Origin: a bacterium
GTDB lineage: Bacteria; UBA8248
Direction: 5' to 3'
Assembly: GCA_965261085.1 (NCBI GenBank)
Contig: OZ253442.1
Span: 2,560,001 to 2,624,000 of the forward strand
Length of the DNA: 64,000 bases
Part shown: in pieces, positions 29,689 to 38,426 of the stretch
Position numbering within the stretch: position 1 is the first letter of the stretch
Layout of the letters: the number at the start of each line of letters is the position of its first letter
Translations under genes and position numbers: made by a program
Notes under the pieces: model-generated
The model's input: only the letters and a program-made list of their open reading frames with translations
Told to the model about the DNA's origin: nothing
The model's database searches: none

Positions 29689-30294
29689 ATGTTGTCTAAC
29701 ACCCAGAAAACATTTGTTCTGAGAAAATTTGCGATAGTCATCTGTTTGCACTTCGTTCTAGTGGGGCCGGCACTTTCCGCAACGGACAACCAGGGTGGAA
29801 TCCGAATAGAAGATATTATCGTCATTGAGAAGAATGGGCAGTTGCTCGTTTTTGGTTCTCTCTTGAGTGCATTTTCACCAAAACTGTTGGAAGCCATTCA
29901 CAGCGGTGTGACCACGAAGTTTATCTTTGATGTAAGTCTCCTCCGCTCTCGCAAGCTGATTTATGATTTGGAAGTCACCTCGCGGCAATTACATCATCAA
30001 GTGAAATATAGCGCTTTGAAAAAAACATACACTTTTCATCTTAAAGAAGGTGCGAAAGACATCGAGAGAAAAGTGACAAGAAGCCAAGGTGAAATGACGG
30101 ACTGGATGCGAGAGTTGAATGGTGTGCCCATCGTCTCTGGCGAGGCACTGTCTCCAAATAGTCAATTTTATGTCAAAATCAGTGCGCGGTTGAGTCATGT
30201 GGATTTTGTTTTTCCCTTTAACTATTTACTCGCTTTTTGGGGGAAGAAGTCTGATTGGAGCTATTCCCCAAAATTTAGTTCTAAAGGAATGTGA
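29689..30294 (+). CDS. DUF4390-like exported protein (NtrY-associated)
   Basis: Signal peptide, LLEAIHSGVTTKFIF and position immediately upstream of the NtrY-like kinase. Confidence 0.7.
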   Translation: MLSNTQKTFVLRKFAIVICLHFVLVGPALSATDNQGGIRIEDIIVIEKNGQLLVFGSLLSAFSPKLLEAIHSGVTTKFIFDVSLLRSRKLIYDLEVTSRQLHHQVKYSALKKTYTFHLKEGAKDIERKVTRSQGEMTDWMRELNGVPIVSGEALSPNSQFYVKISARLSHVDFVFPFNYLLAFWGKKSDWSYSPKFSSKGM

Positions 30295-30297
30295 GTT

Positions 30298-32562
30298 GTG
30301 CACTCAAAGCGACTGAAAAATCAAGAAACTTCTTCACGCCGGCGAAGGACACTTCTGCGGTCCTTCATCGCTTTGATCATTATTGCGACTCTTTCGTTCA
30401 CGGCTTGGATTTATTTCAAAGAGCTCGAGCCAGGAGTCCCTCTACTGAACAACGTCGTCGTATTTGCGCTCGTGAACCTGAGTATCATTCTGCTCATGGT
30501 GGTGATTCTCTTGGTGGCGAAGAACTTGGTGCGTCTTTACTACGAGGGGAGAACGGGTGCCGGTCGCTCACGTTTGCAATTAAAGCTTGTATTGGCTTTT
30601 GTCGGATTTACGCTCATACCTGTAGTGGCTCTTTTTGTGGTGGCCAGCGGCTTGATAAACCAAAGTTTTAACGCCTTGTTCAACATGAATGTGGAGAGAG
30701 CGCTTAAAGGATCGTTCGAGGTAGCTCAAACCTATTATCGCGAGGTGGAGCGAAACGCACTGGTCAGCGCGAGTCGACTTGCGCTTATATTGGAGAAGAC
30801 ATCCCCCGACATAGTGGAAAACCCCAAGGCGGTTGAAAACATATTGGAGTCCGAGAGGAAGAGCTTGGGGGTGGATTTCATCCAGCTCTACGATAGAGAA
30901 CGAAAGGAGATCGTATCGGTCAAGCGCCCGGGGTTGGAACGAGCCATTATGTTCTCGCCACTGGTGGGATACGTGGATCAGGTGATTGATGGGGAGTCGC
31001 GCTCAAGTGTAGAGAATTGGGAAAAAGGAGATGTCATCTATGGCGTGGCTCCTTTGAAGATTCAAAAAAAAGTGGTGGGGTTTGTCGTTGTATCCAAATA
31101 TGTCTCTGATAGGCTCGTTGAGAAGATAAGAGGCATATCGGATTCTTTTGTGAATTATAAAGAGTTGGAATTGTCCAAGAATCCAATTAAAGCTAACTAC
31201 ATCGTCACTTTTTTGGTGGTCACTCTGCTCATTCTGTTCGCTGCCATATGGTTTGGTTTCTACCTCGCTCGCGGTATCACGGTTCCCATCGAAAAATTAG
31301 CGGAAGCCACAAGGGCGGTGTCGGATGGCGATCTCGAACATCGCGTAGATGCGCAAGCGGATGGCGAGGTGGGGATTTTGGTCAGCGCATTCAACAGCAT
31401 GACGGAAGAATTGTCGGCTAACAAGGAGAAAATCGAAGAGTCCTCTGAAATTCTGCGCCGCTCCAACATGGAAATCGACAGAAGGCGCAGATATATGGAA
31501 GCGATGCTCGAAAATATCGGAGCTGGTGTGATATCAATCAATCGCCGAGGGCGCGTTACTATTCTCAACACAGCGGCTGGAGAGTTGCTGAGTATTGAGC
31601 CTCAGAATGCCGTGGGACGAATGTTCAGCGAGGTTTTTGAAAGCGCGCATCTCGAACCCGTTCGTCAGTTGATGCGCTCAATGAGGGATCGAAAACACCA
31701 AAGCGCTTCGGAGCAAGTGGAGCTCATGATTGATGGCCGCGTACTGACGCTACGCGCGAGCTTGACCCTGCTCAAAAGCGCGGATGGTGGTAGGCTCGGT
31801 GCAGTCATTGTGTTTGATGATATGACGGCTTTGATACGGGCTCAAAAAGTGGCTGCATGGCAAGAAGTGGCTCGCGGCATCGCGCATGAGATCAAAAATC
31901 CGCTGACGCCGATTCAACTCTCTGCTCAAAGAATGAGAAGAAAATTTGAAAGCGGAGCCTATGATTTTGCGGAAGTATTTGAATCTTGTACGGATACCAT
32001 TATCAATCAGGTGACGAGTCTGCTTGAAATGGTGAATGAATTCAGCCGGTTTGCGCGAATGCCGGAGCCGAGATTAAGGGTTTGCGGGTTTGTTCCCCTC
32101 ATTGAGGATGTTGCAAATTTATATCGTGGCAGAAAAGGGGATGTAAAATTTTCCATTCATATCAATGCCGGGGATGCAGCCGTCATGGCGGATCCAGAGC
32201 AGTTGCAACGCGTATTCATCAATTTGCTGGAAAACGCTTTCGAATCCCACGAGATCGAAGGCGAGATAGATTTACAAGCATGGGGTGATAAGAGCAGAAA
32301 TATGATAGTTCTTGAGGTTGCTGACCAGGGGCAGGGTATATCGGAAGATATGAAAGGCCATATATTCTCGCCTTACTTTTCTACAAAAGATAGAGGCTCC
32401 GGGTTAGGTTTGGCTATATGTCACCGCATTGTGGCAGATCATAATGGAACAATAAGCGTGCGAGATAACCATCCAGCGGGTTCTGTTTTTCGTGTAACGT
32501 TGCCGCTGGCGCCTGCTGCGGACATCACACCTGAAAAGCAAAGGACGGCTTCCATTGGATAA
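30298..32562 (+). CDS. ntrY: NtrY-like membrane sensor histidine kinase (periplasmic, HAMP, PAS, HisKA, HATPase domains)
   Basis: AWQEVARGIAHEIKNPLTPIQLSA (H-box), NLLENA, DQGQG and GSGLGL; three N-terminal TM segments plus HAMP and PAS. Confidence 0.9.
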   Translation: MHSKRLKNQETSSRRRRTLLRSFIALIIIATLSFTAWIYFKELEPGVPLLNNVVVFALVNLSIILLMVVILLVAKNLVRLYYEGRTGAGRSRLQLKLVLAFVGFTLIPVVALFVVASGLINQSFNALFNMNVERALKGSFEVAQTYYREVERNALVSASRLALILEKTSPDIVENPKAVENILESERKSLGVDFIQLYDRERKEIVSVKRPGLERAIMFSPLVGYVDQVIDGESRSSVENWEKGDVIYGVAPLKIQKKVVGFVVVSKYVSDRLVEKIRGISDSFVNYKELELSKNPIKANYIVTFLVVTLLILFAAIWFGFYLARGITVPIEKLAEATRAVSDGDLEHRVDAQADGEVGILVSAFNSMTEELSANKEKIEESSEILRRSNMEIDRRRRYMEAMLENIGAGVISINRRGRVTILNTAAGELLSIEPQNAVGRMFSEVFESAHLEPVRQLMRSMRDRKHQSASEQVELMIDGRVLTLRASLTLLKSADGGRLGAVIVFDDMTALIRAQKVAAWQEVARGIAHEIKNPLTPIQLSAQRMRRKFESGAYDFAEVFESCTDTIINQVTSLLEMVNEFSRFARMPEPRLRVCGFVPLIEDVANLYRGRKGDVKFSIHINAGDAAVMADPEQLQRVFINLLENAFESHEIEGEIDLQAWGDKSRNMIVLEVADQGQGISEDMKGHIFSPYFSTKDRGSGLGLAICHRIVADHNGTISVRDNHPAGSVFRVTLPLAPAADITPEKQRTASIG

Positions 32563-34687
32563 GGGACATATCCTCATCGTCGATGATGAGCGCGAAATAC
32601 TCGCGAGCCTGGAAGATGTTTTGCACGATGAAGGGTATCGTGTAGAGAGGGCAGAGTCAGGAGAAACTGCCCTTCAGTTGGTTCGAACCGAAACTCCGGA
32701 TGTGGTTTTAGTTGATGTGTGGATGCCGGGTATTGATGGAATCAAGACTTTGCAAGCGGTGAAAGAGTCGAACGCGGATATAGAAGTCGTCGTGATGTCG
32801 GGTCACGGAAACATTGAAACCGCCGTGGCCGCAACAAAGTTAGGGGCTTTCAATTTTATTGAAAAACCTCTGTCTATCGATGCAGTTTTACGAATAGTCG
32901 ATTCCGCTGTTCAAGCGCGAAGAGCCAAGGAACTCAAGGCGAATGATGTCGTCGATGTGATGCTTGACGGCGCTAGCAAGAGTATTCAAAGGGTTGGAAA
33001 AGCCATCAGGAGAGCGGCGAAAGATATTGACCCCTTACTGATTGCAGGTGAAAGAGGAACCGGCAAGCGTTTTATAGCCAGGGTGATTCATAAGAACGGT
33101 ACCAGCAAAGAAGAAGGTTTTAGGCCTGTTCATTGCCGCTCCCTGTTTCCGATGGCGGAGGTAAACGAATGGGAAGAGGCACTGGAGCGGTTGGTGCCCG
33201 ATACTTTTCAAGGGACGGTATATCTGGATGGTCTGGAGCAGCTACCCATGGCGGAGCGTGAGAGATTTCTCGCTCGATTCCTTGGGCATACGAAGGACTC
33301 AATGCGTTTAATGGTATCCGTTGATCACATGGGAACCCCGAAAGACAAGGCCTACGTGCGAGCCTTGTCCACCAAAATAGGCGCCGATGTAATACATTTG
33401 CCCTCTTTACGTGAACGCAAAGAGGACATTTTACCGTTGGCCAACAGATTTTTGAATGAATGTGCCGAAGTTGGTAGGTATGAAAAGGAATTCTCAGAAG
33501 ATGTCATTGCGCTTCTGGAAGACTATGACTGGCCGGGCAATATCGCAGAATTAAAAGGGGCGGTGACCAAAGCGGCATATTCATCACAAGGATCGGAGAT
33601 TCGCATCGGCCACTTGCCGTATGCGATACGCGAAGCTTCTGATTTCGAAGTGGACACATCAGAAAACGACGCCCCTTCTAATTTTAGTGCGGCCAGAACC
33701 GAGTGGGAGAGACAGTATCTTTCCTTCCATTTGGAGGAGCACGGTTGGGATATCAACAAAACCGCCCAGGCGGTGGGCATGACGGAATCTGGGTTAAAGC
33801 GTAAAATTAAAGCATACAACATAGAGCCCGTATTACCGGCGTCGACGACGCTTCGAGAAACAAATCAAAGGAGTATTTCGAAAAGTGTCGTCTTGTATGG
33901 CCGGGGGCTTCATTCAGGGCTGAAAACCGGCTTGATCATTGAACCCTTGCCGCCGGGGAGCGGAATTCAGTTCGGTAGCCTGACGAGCCCCGATACTGTG
34001 AGGGCGAATGTCGATTTTGTGGATGGCACCAACCATGCGACGAACTTGCGCAATGGAGCTGTGACGGCTCGAACGATAGAGCATCTCATGAGCGCGCTGC
34101 ACGCATACAAGATAAGCAATATACTCATTAAAATGAGTGAGGAAGTGCCTGTCATGGATGGGTCGGCAGTGGAGTTTTGCCGCTTGCTTGAAGAAGCGGG
34201 CATCGAGGATCAAAAGGAAAAACGCGCAGACTTGTGGGTTGATAAGGTTTACGAGGTAGGAGAACCGGGCGACGATAAAGGTTATATTCGTATAGAGTCG
34301 GCGGATTCTTTTTCGGTTTCATATCTCATCGATTATCCTGAGCCGATTGGAAAACAATCCTACCTGTATGAACATAAGAACGCGTTGAGTTTTCAAGAAG
34401 AAATCGCGCCTGCCCGTACGTTTGGTTTTGTTTCTGAACTGGAGTCGCTCGAGAAAATGGGCTTGGCCGAGGGAGGTCGTTGGGATAACGTGATTCTTGT
34501 GGACAAAGCGCGTGTCGTAAATACCCAATTGCGATTTCCTAACGAGTTTGTTCGCCATAAAATTCTTGACGTTATAGGAGATCTGTATTTAACCGGTCGC
34601 CCTATTCGAGGAAAAGTGACCGCCGAGAGAAGTGGCCACCGGCATAATGTCGCCTTGGTCAAAAAGTTGATGGAAGTCCATGGCTGA
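32555..34687 (+). CDS. lpxC: NtrX-like response regulator (REC, degenerate AAA+, HTH) fused to UDP-3-O-acyl-GlcNAc deacetylase LpxC
   Basis: REC residues D10/D11/D54/S82/K104; GERGTGK; WPGN; Fis-type HTH; from aa 438 QRSI...GRGLHSG...TIEHLMSAL...PVMDGSA...APARTFGF...RHKILDVIGDL...SGH. Confidence 0.93.
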   Translation: MDKGHILIVDDEREILASLEDVLHDEGYRVERAESGETALQLVRTETPDVVLVDVWMPGIDGIKTLQAVKESNADIEVVVMSGHGNIETAVAATKLGAFNFIEKPLSIDAVLRIVDSAVQARRAKELKANDVVDVMLDGASKSIQRVGKAIRRAAKDIDPLLIAGERGTGKRFIARVIHKNGTSKEEGFRPVHCRSLFPMAEVNEWEEALERLVPDTFQGTVYLDGLEQLPMAERERFLARFLGHTKDSMRLMVSVDHMGTPKDKAYVRALSTKIGADVIHLPSLRERKEDILPLANRFLNECAEVGRYEKEFSEDVIALLEDYDWPGNIAELKGAVTKAAYSSQGSEIRIGHLPYAIREASDFEVDTSENDAPSNFSAARTEWERQYLSFHLEEHGWDINKTAQAVGMTESGLKRKIKAYNIEPVLPASTTLRETNQRSISKSVVLYGRGLHSGLKTGLIIEPLPPGSGIQFGSLTSPDTVRANVDFVDGTNHATNLRNGAVTARTIEHLMSALHAYKISNILIKMSEEVPVMDGSAVEFCRLLEEAGIEDQKEKRADLWVDKVYEVGEPGDDKGYIRIESADSFSVSYLIDYPEPIGKQSYLYEHKNALSFQEEIAPARTFGFVSELESLEKMGLAEGGRWDNVILVDKARVVNTQLRFPNEFVRHKILDVIGDLYLTGRPIRGKVTAERSGHRHNVALVKKLMEVHG

Positions 34688-34738
34688 TTTTGAATTCATT
34701 TCGCACGATTCCGCCCGCCAAATCATGGAACAGCACTT

Positions 34739-35791
34739 TTGAGCGAACATCGTCTGACATACCGCGACGTGGGCGTCGATGTGGATTTGGGAGAGGGTTT
34801 CGTTCAGGCTATCGCCCAGGCTATGAAGTCCACCCATGATAGCCAAAAAGGTCGTATCCTGGAGGGAGCGTCGGATTTTGCGGGTTTGTTCCGCTTGGGT
34901 GGGGGATATGAAGATCCTGTACTCGTTTCAGGCACCGACGGCGTCGGCACGAAATTGCTCCTGGCCCAGGAATTCGAACGCCACGATTCCGTTGGGATTG
35001 ACTTGGTGGCCATGTGTGTCAACGATATCTTGACCACGGGAGCAGAACCCCTTTTTTTCCTTGACTACATTGCGACGGGCCAGATCGATCAAAACGTATT
35101 GAAAGTAGTTCTATCTGGGATTGCCCAAGGCTGCCGGGAGGCGGGGTGCGCCCTCGTCGGAGGCGAGACGGCCGAGATGCCTGATATGTATGAGCCGGGT
35201 GTGTATGACCTCGCCGGATTCGCTGTGGGGGTGGTTGAACGTAAAAATTTGGACAATAAAATGCCTGTGAAAGCTGGTGACGCCATACTGGCGCTTCCTT
35301 CCTCAGGAATTCATAGCAACGGGTATTCCTTGGTGCGAAAAGTATTTGGGTCAAAAGAAAAACGAGATGTGGCGGCGCAAAGGCTGGGCGTTTCCATTGA
35401 AGATGTTTTATTGGAGCCAACGCGGATTTACGCCAAAGGGGCTAAGTCCGTTTGGGGAGAAGAGGGGATAAGCGGCATCGCGCACATCACGGGAGGCGGT
35501 ATTCCGGGAAATGTGAGCCGTGTGATTCCAGATGATTTGCAGGCTAACTTTCATCCTGAAAAGTGGGCGATGCCAGAGATATTTCCACTGATTCAGGAGT
35601 TCGGCCCGGTTGAGAGCGTGGAGATGTATCGCACTTTTAACATGGGTTTAGGCTTTGTCTTCCTCGTGAGGGCGGAGCAAGCGGAATCTTTGCTCGAGTC
35701 TTTGAAAAATGCGGGAGAACAAGCCATGATTGTCGGCGAGGTCGTCAAAAAAACGAGAGGTGGCCATTCTGTCGCTATTGAGGGCATATAA
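34739..35791 (+). CDS. purM: Phosphoribosylaminoimidazole (AIR) synthetase
   Basis: GTDGVGTK, DLVAMCVND, GGETAEMP, HSNGYSL and AHITGGG. Confidence 0.97.
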   Translation: MSEHRLTYRDVGVDVDLGEGFVQAIAQAMKSTHDSQKGRILEGASDFAGLFRLGGGYEDPVLVSGTDGVGTKLLLAQEFERHDSVGIDLVAMCVNDILTTGAEPLFFLDYIATGQIDQNVLKVVLSGIAQGCREAGCALVGGETAEMPDMYEPGVYDLAGFAVGVVERKNLDNKMPVKAGDAILALPSSGIHSNGYSLVRKVFGSKEKRDVAAQRLGVSIEDVLLEPTRIYAKGAKSVWGEEGISGIAHITGGGIPGNVSRVIPDDLQANFHPEKWAMPEIFPLIQEFGPVESVEMYRTFNMGLGFVFLVRAEQAESLLESLKNAGEQAMIVGEVVKKTRGGHSVAIEGI

Positions 35792-35802
35792 TAGTGCATT
35801 CA

Positions 35803-36447
35803 ATGGCGCGATTACGCGTGGGTGTTTTGGCCTCGGGACGAGGGTCGAATCTGCAAGCCCTCATTGATGCCGGTCGGAACACGGATTTTCCGGCGGAAGT
35901 TGTATTGGTGCTGAGCGACAAAGAAAAGGCATATGCACTCGAGCGCGCCTCGATAGCTGGAATACGAAATAGATACCTTGCACCCAAGGAGGATGGTTTT
36001 TATCGGAGGGTGGGTGATGAGATCGAAAATTGCGGAATCGAACTCGTCTGTTGCGCTGGTTTTATGCGCATTTTACCGCCGGAGTTTGTGGGTCATTTTG
36101 CAGGGAGAATCATCAACATTCATCCCTCGCTTTTGCCGAGTTTCCCTGGTCTTCACGCACAAAAAAAAGCCTTGGATGCCGGAGTGAGAGTGACTGGCTG
36201 CACGGTCCACTTTGTGGATGAGGGGGTGGATGCGGGGCCGATTATTTTACAAGCCGCTGTGCCGGTGTTGCCCTATGACGATGAGAAAACCCTTTCGGAG
36301 AGAATCCTCATTTATGAGCACCGAATATACCCACTGGCGGTGCGACTCATCGCCGAGGGGAGCGTTCGTTGCGTTGGTGGTGTTGTGCAATATGCAGGAG
36401 ACGCTCTTCTGAATAGCAGTGGTTTCATCTCACCCGTTTCAGAGTAG
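35803..36447 (+). CDS. purN: Phosphoribosylglycinamide formyltransferase
   Basis: SGRGSNLQA, NIHPSLLP and GCTVHFV. Confidence 0.96.
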   Translation: MARLRVGVLASGRGSNLQALIDAGRNTDFPAEVVLVLSDKEKAYALERASIAGIRNRYLAPKEDGFYRRVGDEIENCGIELVCCAGFMRILPPEFVGHFAGRIINIHPSLLPSFPGLHAQKKALDAGVRVTGCTVHFVDEGVDAGPIILQAAVPVLPYDDEKTLSERILIYEHRIYPLAVRLIAEGSVRCVGGVVQYAGDALLNSSGFISPVSE

Positions 36448-36472
36448 TTATTCACAAAGGAATACGTGAGTT

Positions 36473-37201
36473 TTGCGTAAATCGAGTTTCTTGATATTAG
36501 TATTTGTTTTTTTGCTTTTCGCGTTTTCGCAAGAGCGTGCTCTCAGCGCATCTATGGCGGAAGAATCGCGTCTGAAGGCGGAGAAAATAATCACGACGCT
36601 TCAGGAAAAATTTGAGGCTCTCGAATCTCTGCAAGCCTCTTTCGAGCAGAAAAATGAAATAAAATCCCTTGGGCGAACAACGACGTCGAGCGGGAGTCTC
36701 TCGTGGAAGAAGCCCGGCAAATTGCGCATGGAGTATGTCAAGCCTGAAAAGCAGGTTCTGGTCTCTGATGGTCATACGTTTTGGCTCTACACCGCTCGCT
36801 TCAGACAGGTGATGGTTTCCAAAACCGGGGGTTCTGGGTTTGGAGCCACCCCTTTGTTATTTTTGTCGGGCGAGGGGAATTTGAAAAAGAATTTTCATGT
36901 AATCGTGGAAGAGATTGGAATTGCCAGACGAAGTGAAGGAATCTGGAGAGCCGGTCAGCCCCATCGCATTCGGCTGGAGCCGAAGTCTCCGGGCGCATCA
37001 TTTAGCCGAATGTGGGTTGAGGTGGAACCTGAGAATTTCGTAATCCTCACTTTGGCGTATATTGATAATATCGGCAACAAAAGTCACTTGCGGTTTTCAA
37101 ACGTCAAAGAAAACGTCAAAATCGCAGAAGAGGAATTTCAGTTTGTTGTGCCGCCAAATGTCGAAGTACTACAAATGCCGGCTCAGAGCGGCCAGCGATA
37201 A
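36473..37201 (+). CDS. lolA: Outer-membrane lipoprotein carrier LolA
   Basis: Signal peptide, ASFEQ, KKPGKLRMEY and VSDGHTFWLY. Confidence 0.88.
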   Translation: MRKSSFLILVFVFLLFAFSQERALSASMAEESRLKAEKIITTLQEKFEALESLQASFEQKNEIKSLGRTTTSSGSLSWKKPGKLRMEYVKPEKQVLVSDGHTFWLYTARFRQVMVSKTGGSGFGATPLLFLSGEGNLKKNFHVIVEEIGIARRSEGIWRAGQPHRIRLEPKSPGASFSRMWVEVEPENFVILTLAYIDNIGNKSHLRFSNVKENVKIAEEEFQFVVPPNVEVLQMPAQSGQR

Positions 37202-37219
37202 ATAAGGACTTATTCGAGA

Positions 37220-38416
37220 ATGGCGATGCAAATCATAAACTGGGTGATGGGTTTGGGGCAGACGATTTTCTGGGCTGTACTGGTTCTGGGGTTACTCATT
37301 TTTATCCATGAGTTGGGCCACCATCTCGTCGCAAAATGGCTCAAAATCGGCGTTTCCACATTTTCTTTAGGCTTCGGTCGCCGCATTTGGGGCTTTCAAC
37401 GAGGAGAGACTGAATATCGTATTTCGCTCATCCCCTTGGGTGGTTATGTAAAGCTTGTGGGAGAAGATCCAGAAGCGCAACCTGATAATCCCGATGCGCC
37501 CAAAGAGCCGGATGAGCCGGAGAAATCCTTCTACTTGCGGCCTGTGAGCCACCGATTGGCTGTCATTTCGGCGGGCCCCTTGTTTAATGTCGTCCTGGCG
37601 ATTCTCCTCAGTTGGGGATTGCACTTTGGCGGCATTCCTGTGCCGGGAACGTGGGTTGGCGGTGTTTTGCCTGATACGCCTGCGCAAAAAGCGAACCTTC
37701 AAACTGGCGATCATATCGTGGCTATTGATGGAAAACGAATTCAAAAATGGTCCGAGCTCGTCGAAATTGTACGAAAAAATGCCGATAAAAAACTCGTGTT
37801 GACGGTGGAGCGTAGCCGCAATTCCTTTGAAACGCTCATTGTTCCGACATCGAGGAGCGCGACGGGCAAAGAATTGGGTTATGGCCGGATCGGCATTAGT
37901 ATCGGCCAAGGCGCCTACTCCGAGCGTTTTGGCTTCCTTGAGTCTTTGGGGAAGGGAATCGAGCAAAACTACCGCATCGCCAGCTTAACGGTCTTTACGC
38001 TGTATTCGATGCTCACGAAGACCATTCCTGCGGATATCGGAGGGCCGATTCGTATTTCTATGGTGGCCGCGGAGCAGGCGCAGCGCGGATTCCGCTACCT
38101 CGTCATGTTCACGATTTTGCTCAGCGTCAATCTGGCGATTTTGAACTTGCTGCCAATCCCGGTTCTCGATGGTGGGCACATTTTTTTCTTGCTTGTTGAA
38201 GGCTTGCGTGGCAAACCTATTAGCCTGAGAATCCGGGAACTGGCCATGCAGGTGGGCACCGTTCTACTAATCGGGTTGATGATCTTTGCCACTTACAAGG
38301 ACAGTGTGTATTATCTTTTTAGTAGTGAATCGTCATCGATAACGAAAAATGAGAAGCAAGAAGGGAAAGTGAAGAGCGCAACGAAGCCATCTCCAGAAAG
38401 CAGAAAAGGCGAATAG
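37220..38416 (+). CDS. rseP: RIP metalloprotease RseP
   Basis: HELGH, PLGGYVK, AGPLFN, PDZ domain and NLLPIPVLDGG. Confidence 0.95.
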   Translation: MAMQIINWVMGLGQTIFWAVLVLGLLIFIHELGHHLVAKWLKIGVSTFSLGFGRRIWGFQRGETEYRISLIPLGGYVKLVGEDPEAQPDNPDAPKEPDEPEKSFYLRPVSHRLAVISAGPLFNVVLAILLSWGLHFGGIPVPGTWVGGVLPDTPAQKANLQTGDHIVAIDGKRIQKWSELVEIVRKNADKKLVLTVERSRNSFETLIVPTSRSATGKELGYGRIGISIGQGAYSERFGFLESLGKGIEQNYRIASLTVFTLYSMLTKTIPADIGGPIRISMVAAEQAQRGFRYLVMFTILLSVNLAILNLLPIPVLDGGHIFFLLVEGLRGKPISLRIRELAMQVGTVLLIGLMIFATYKDSVYYLFSSESSSITKNEKQEGKVKSATKPSPESRKGE

Positions 38417-38426
38417 GGCCTTGACT

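Noticed and set aside
33780-33870. Independent translation start for lpxC inside the fusion
   Set aside because: No in-frame ATG, GTG or TTG with an SD lies between the HTH and the LpxC N-terminus.
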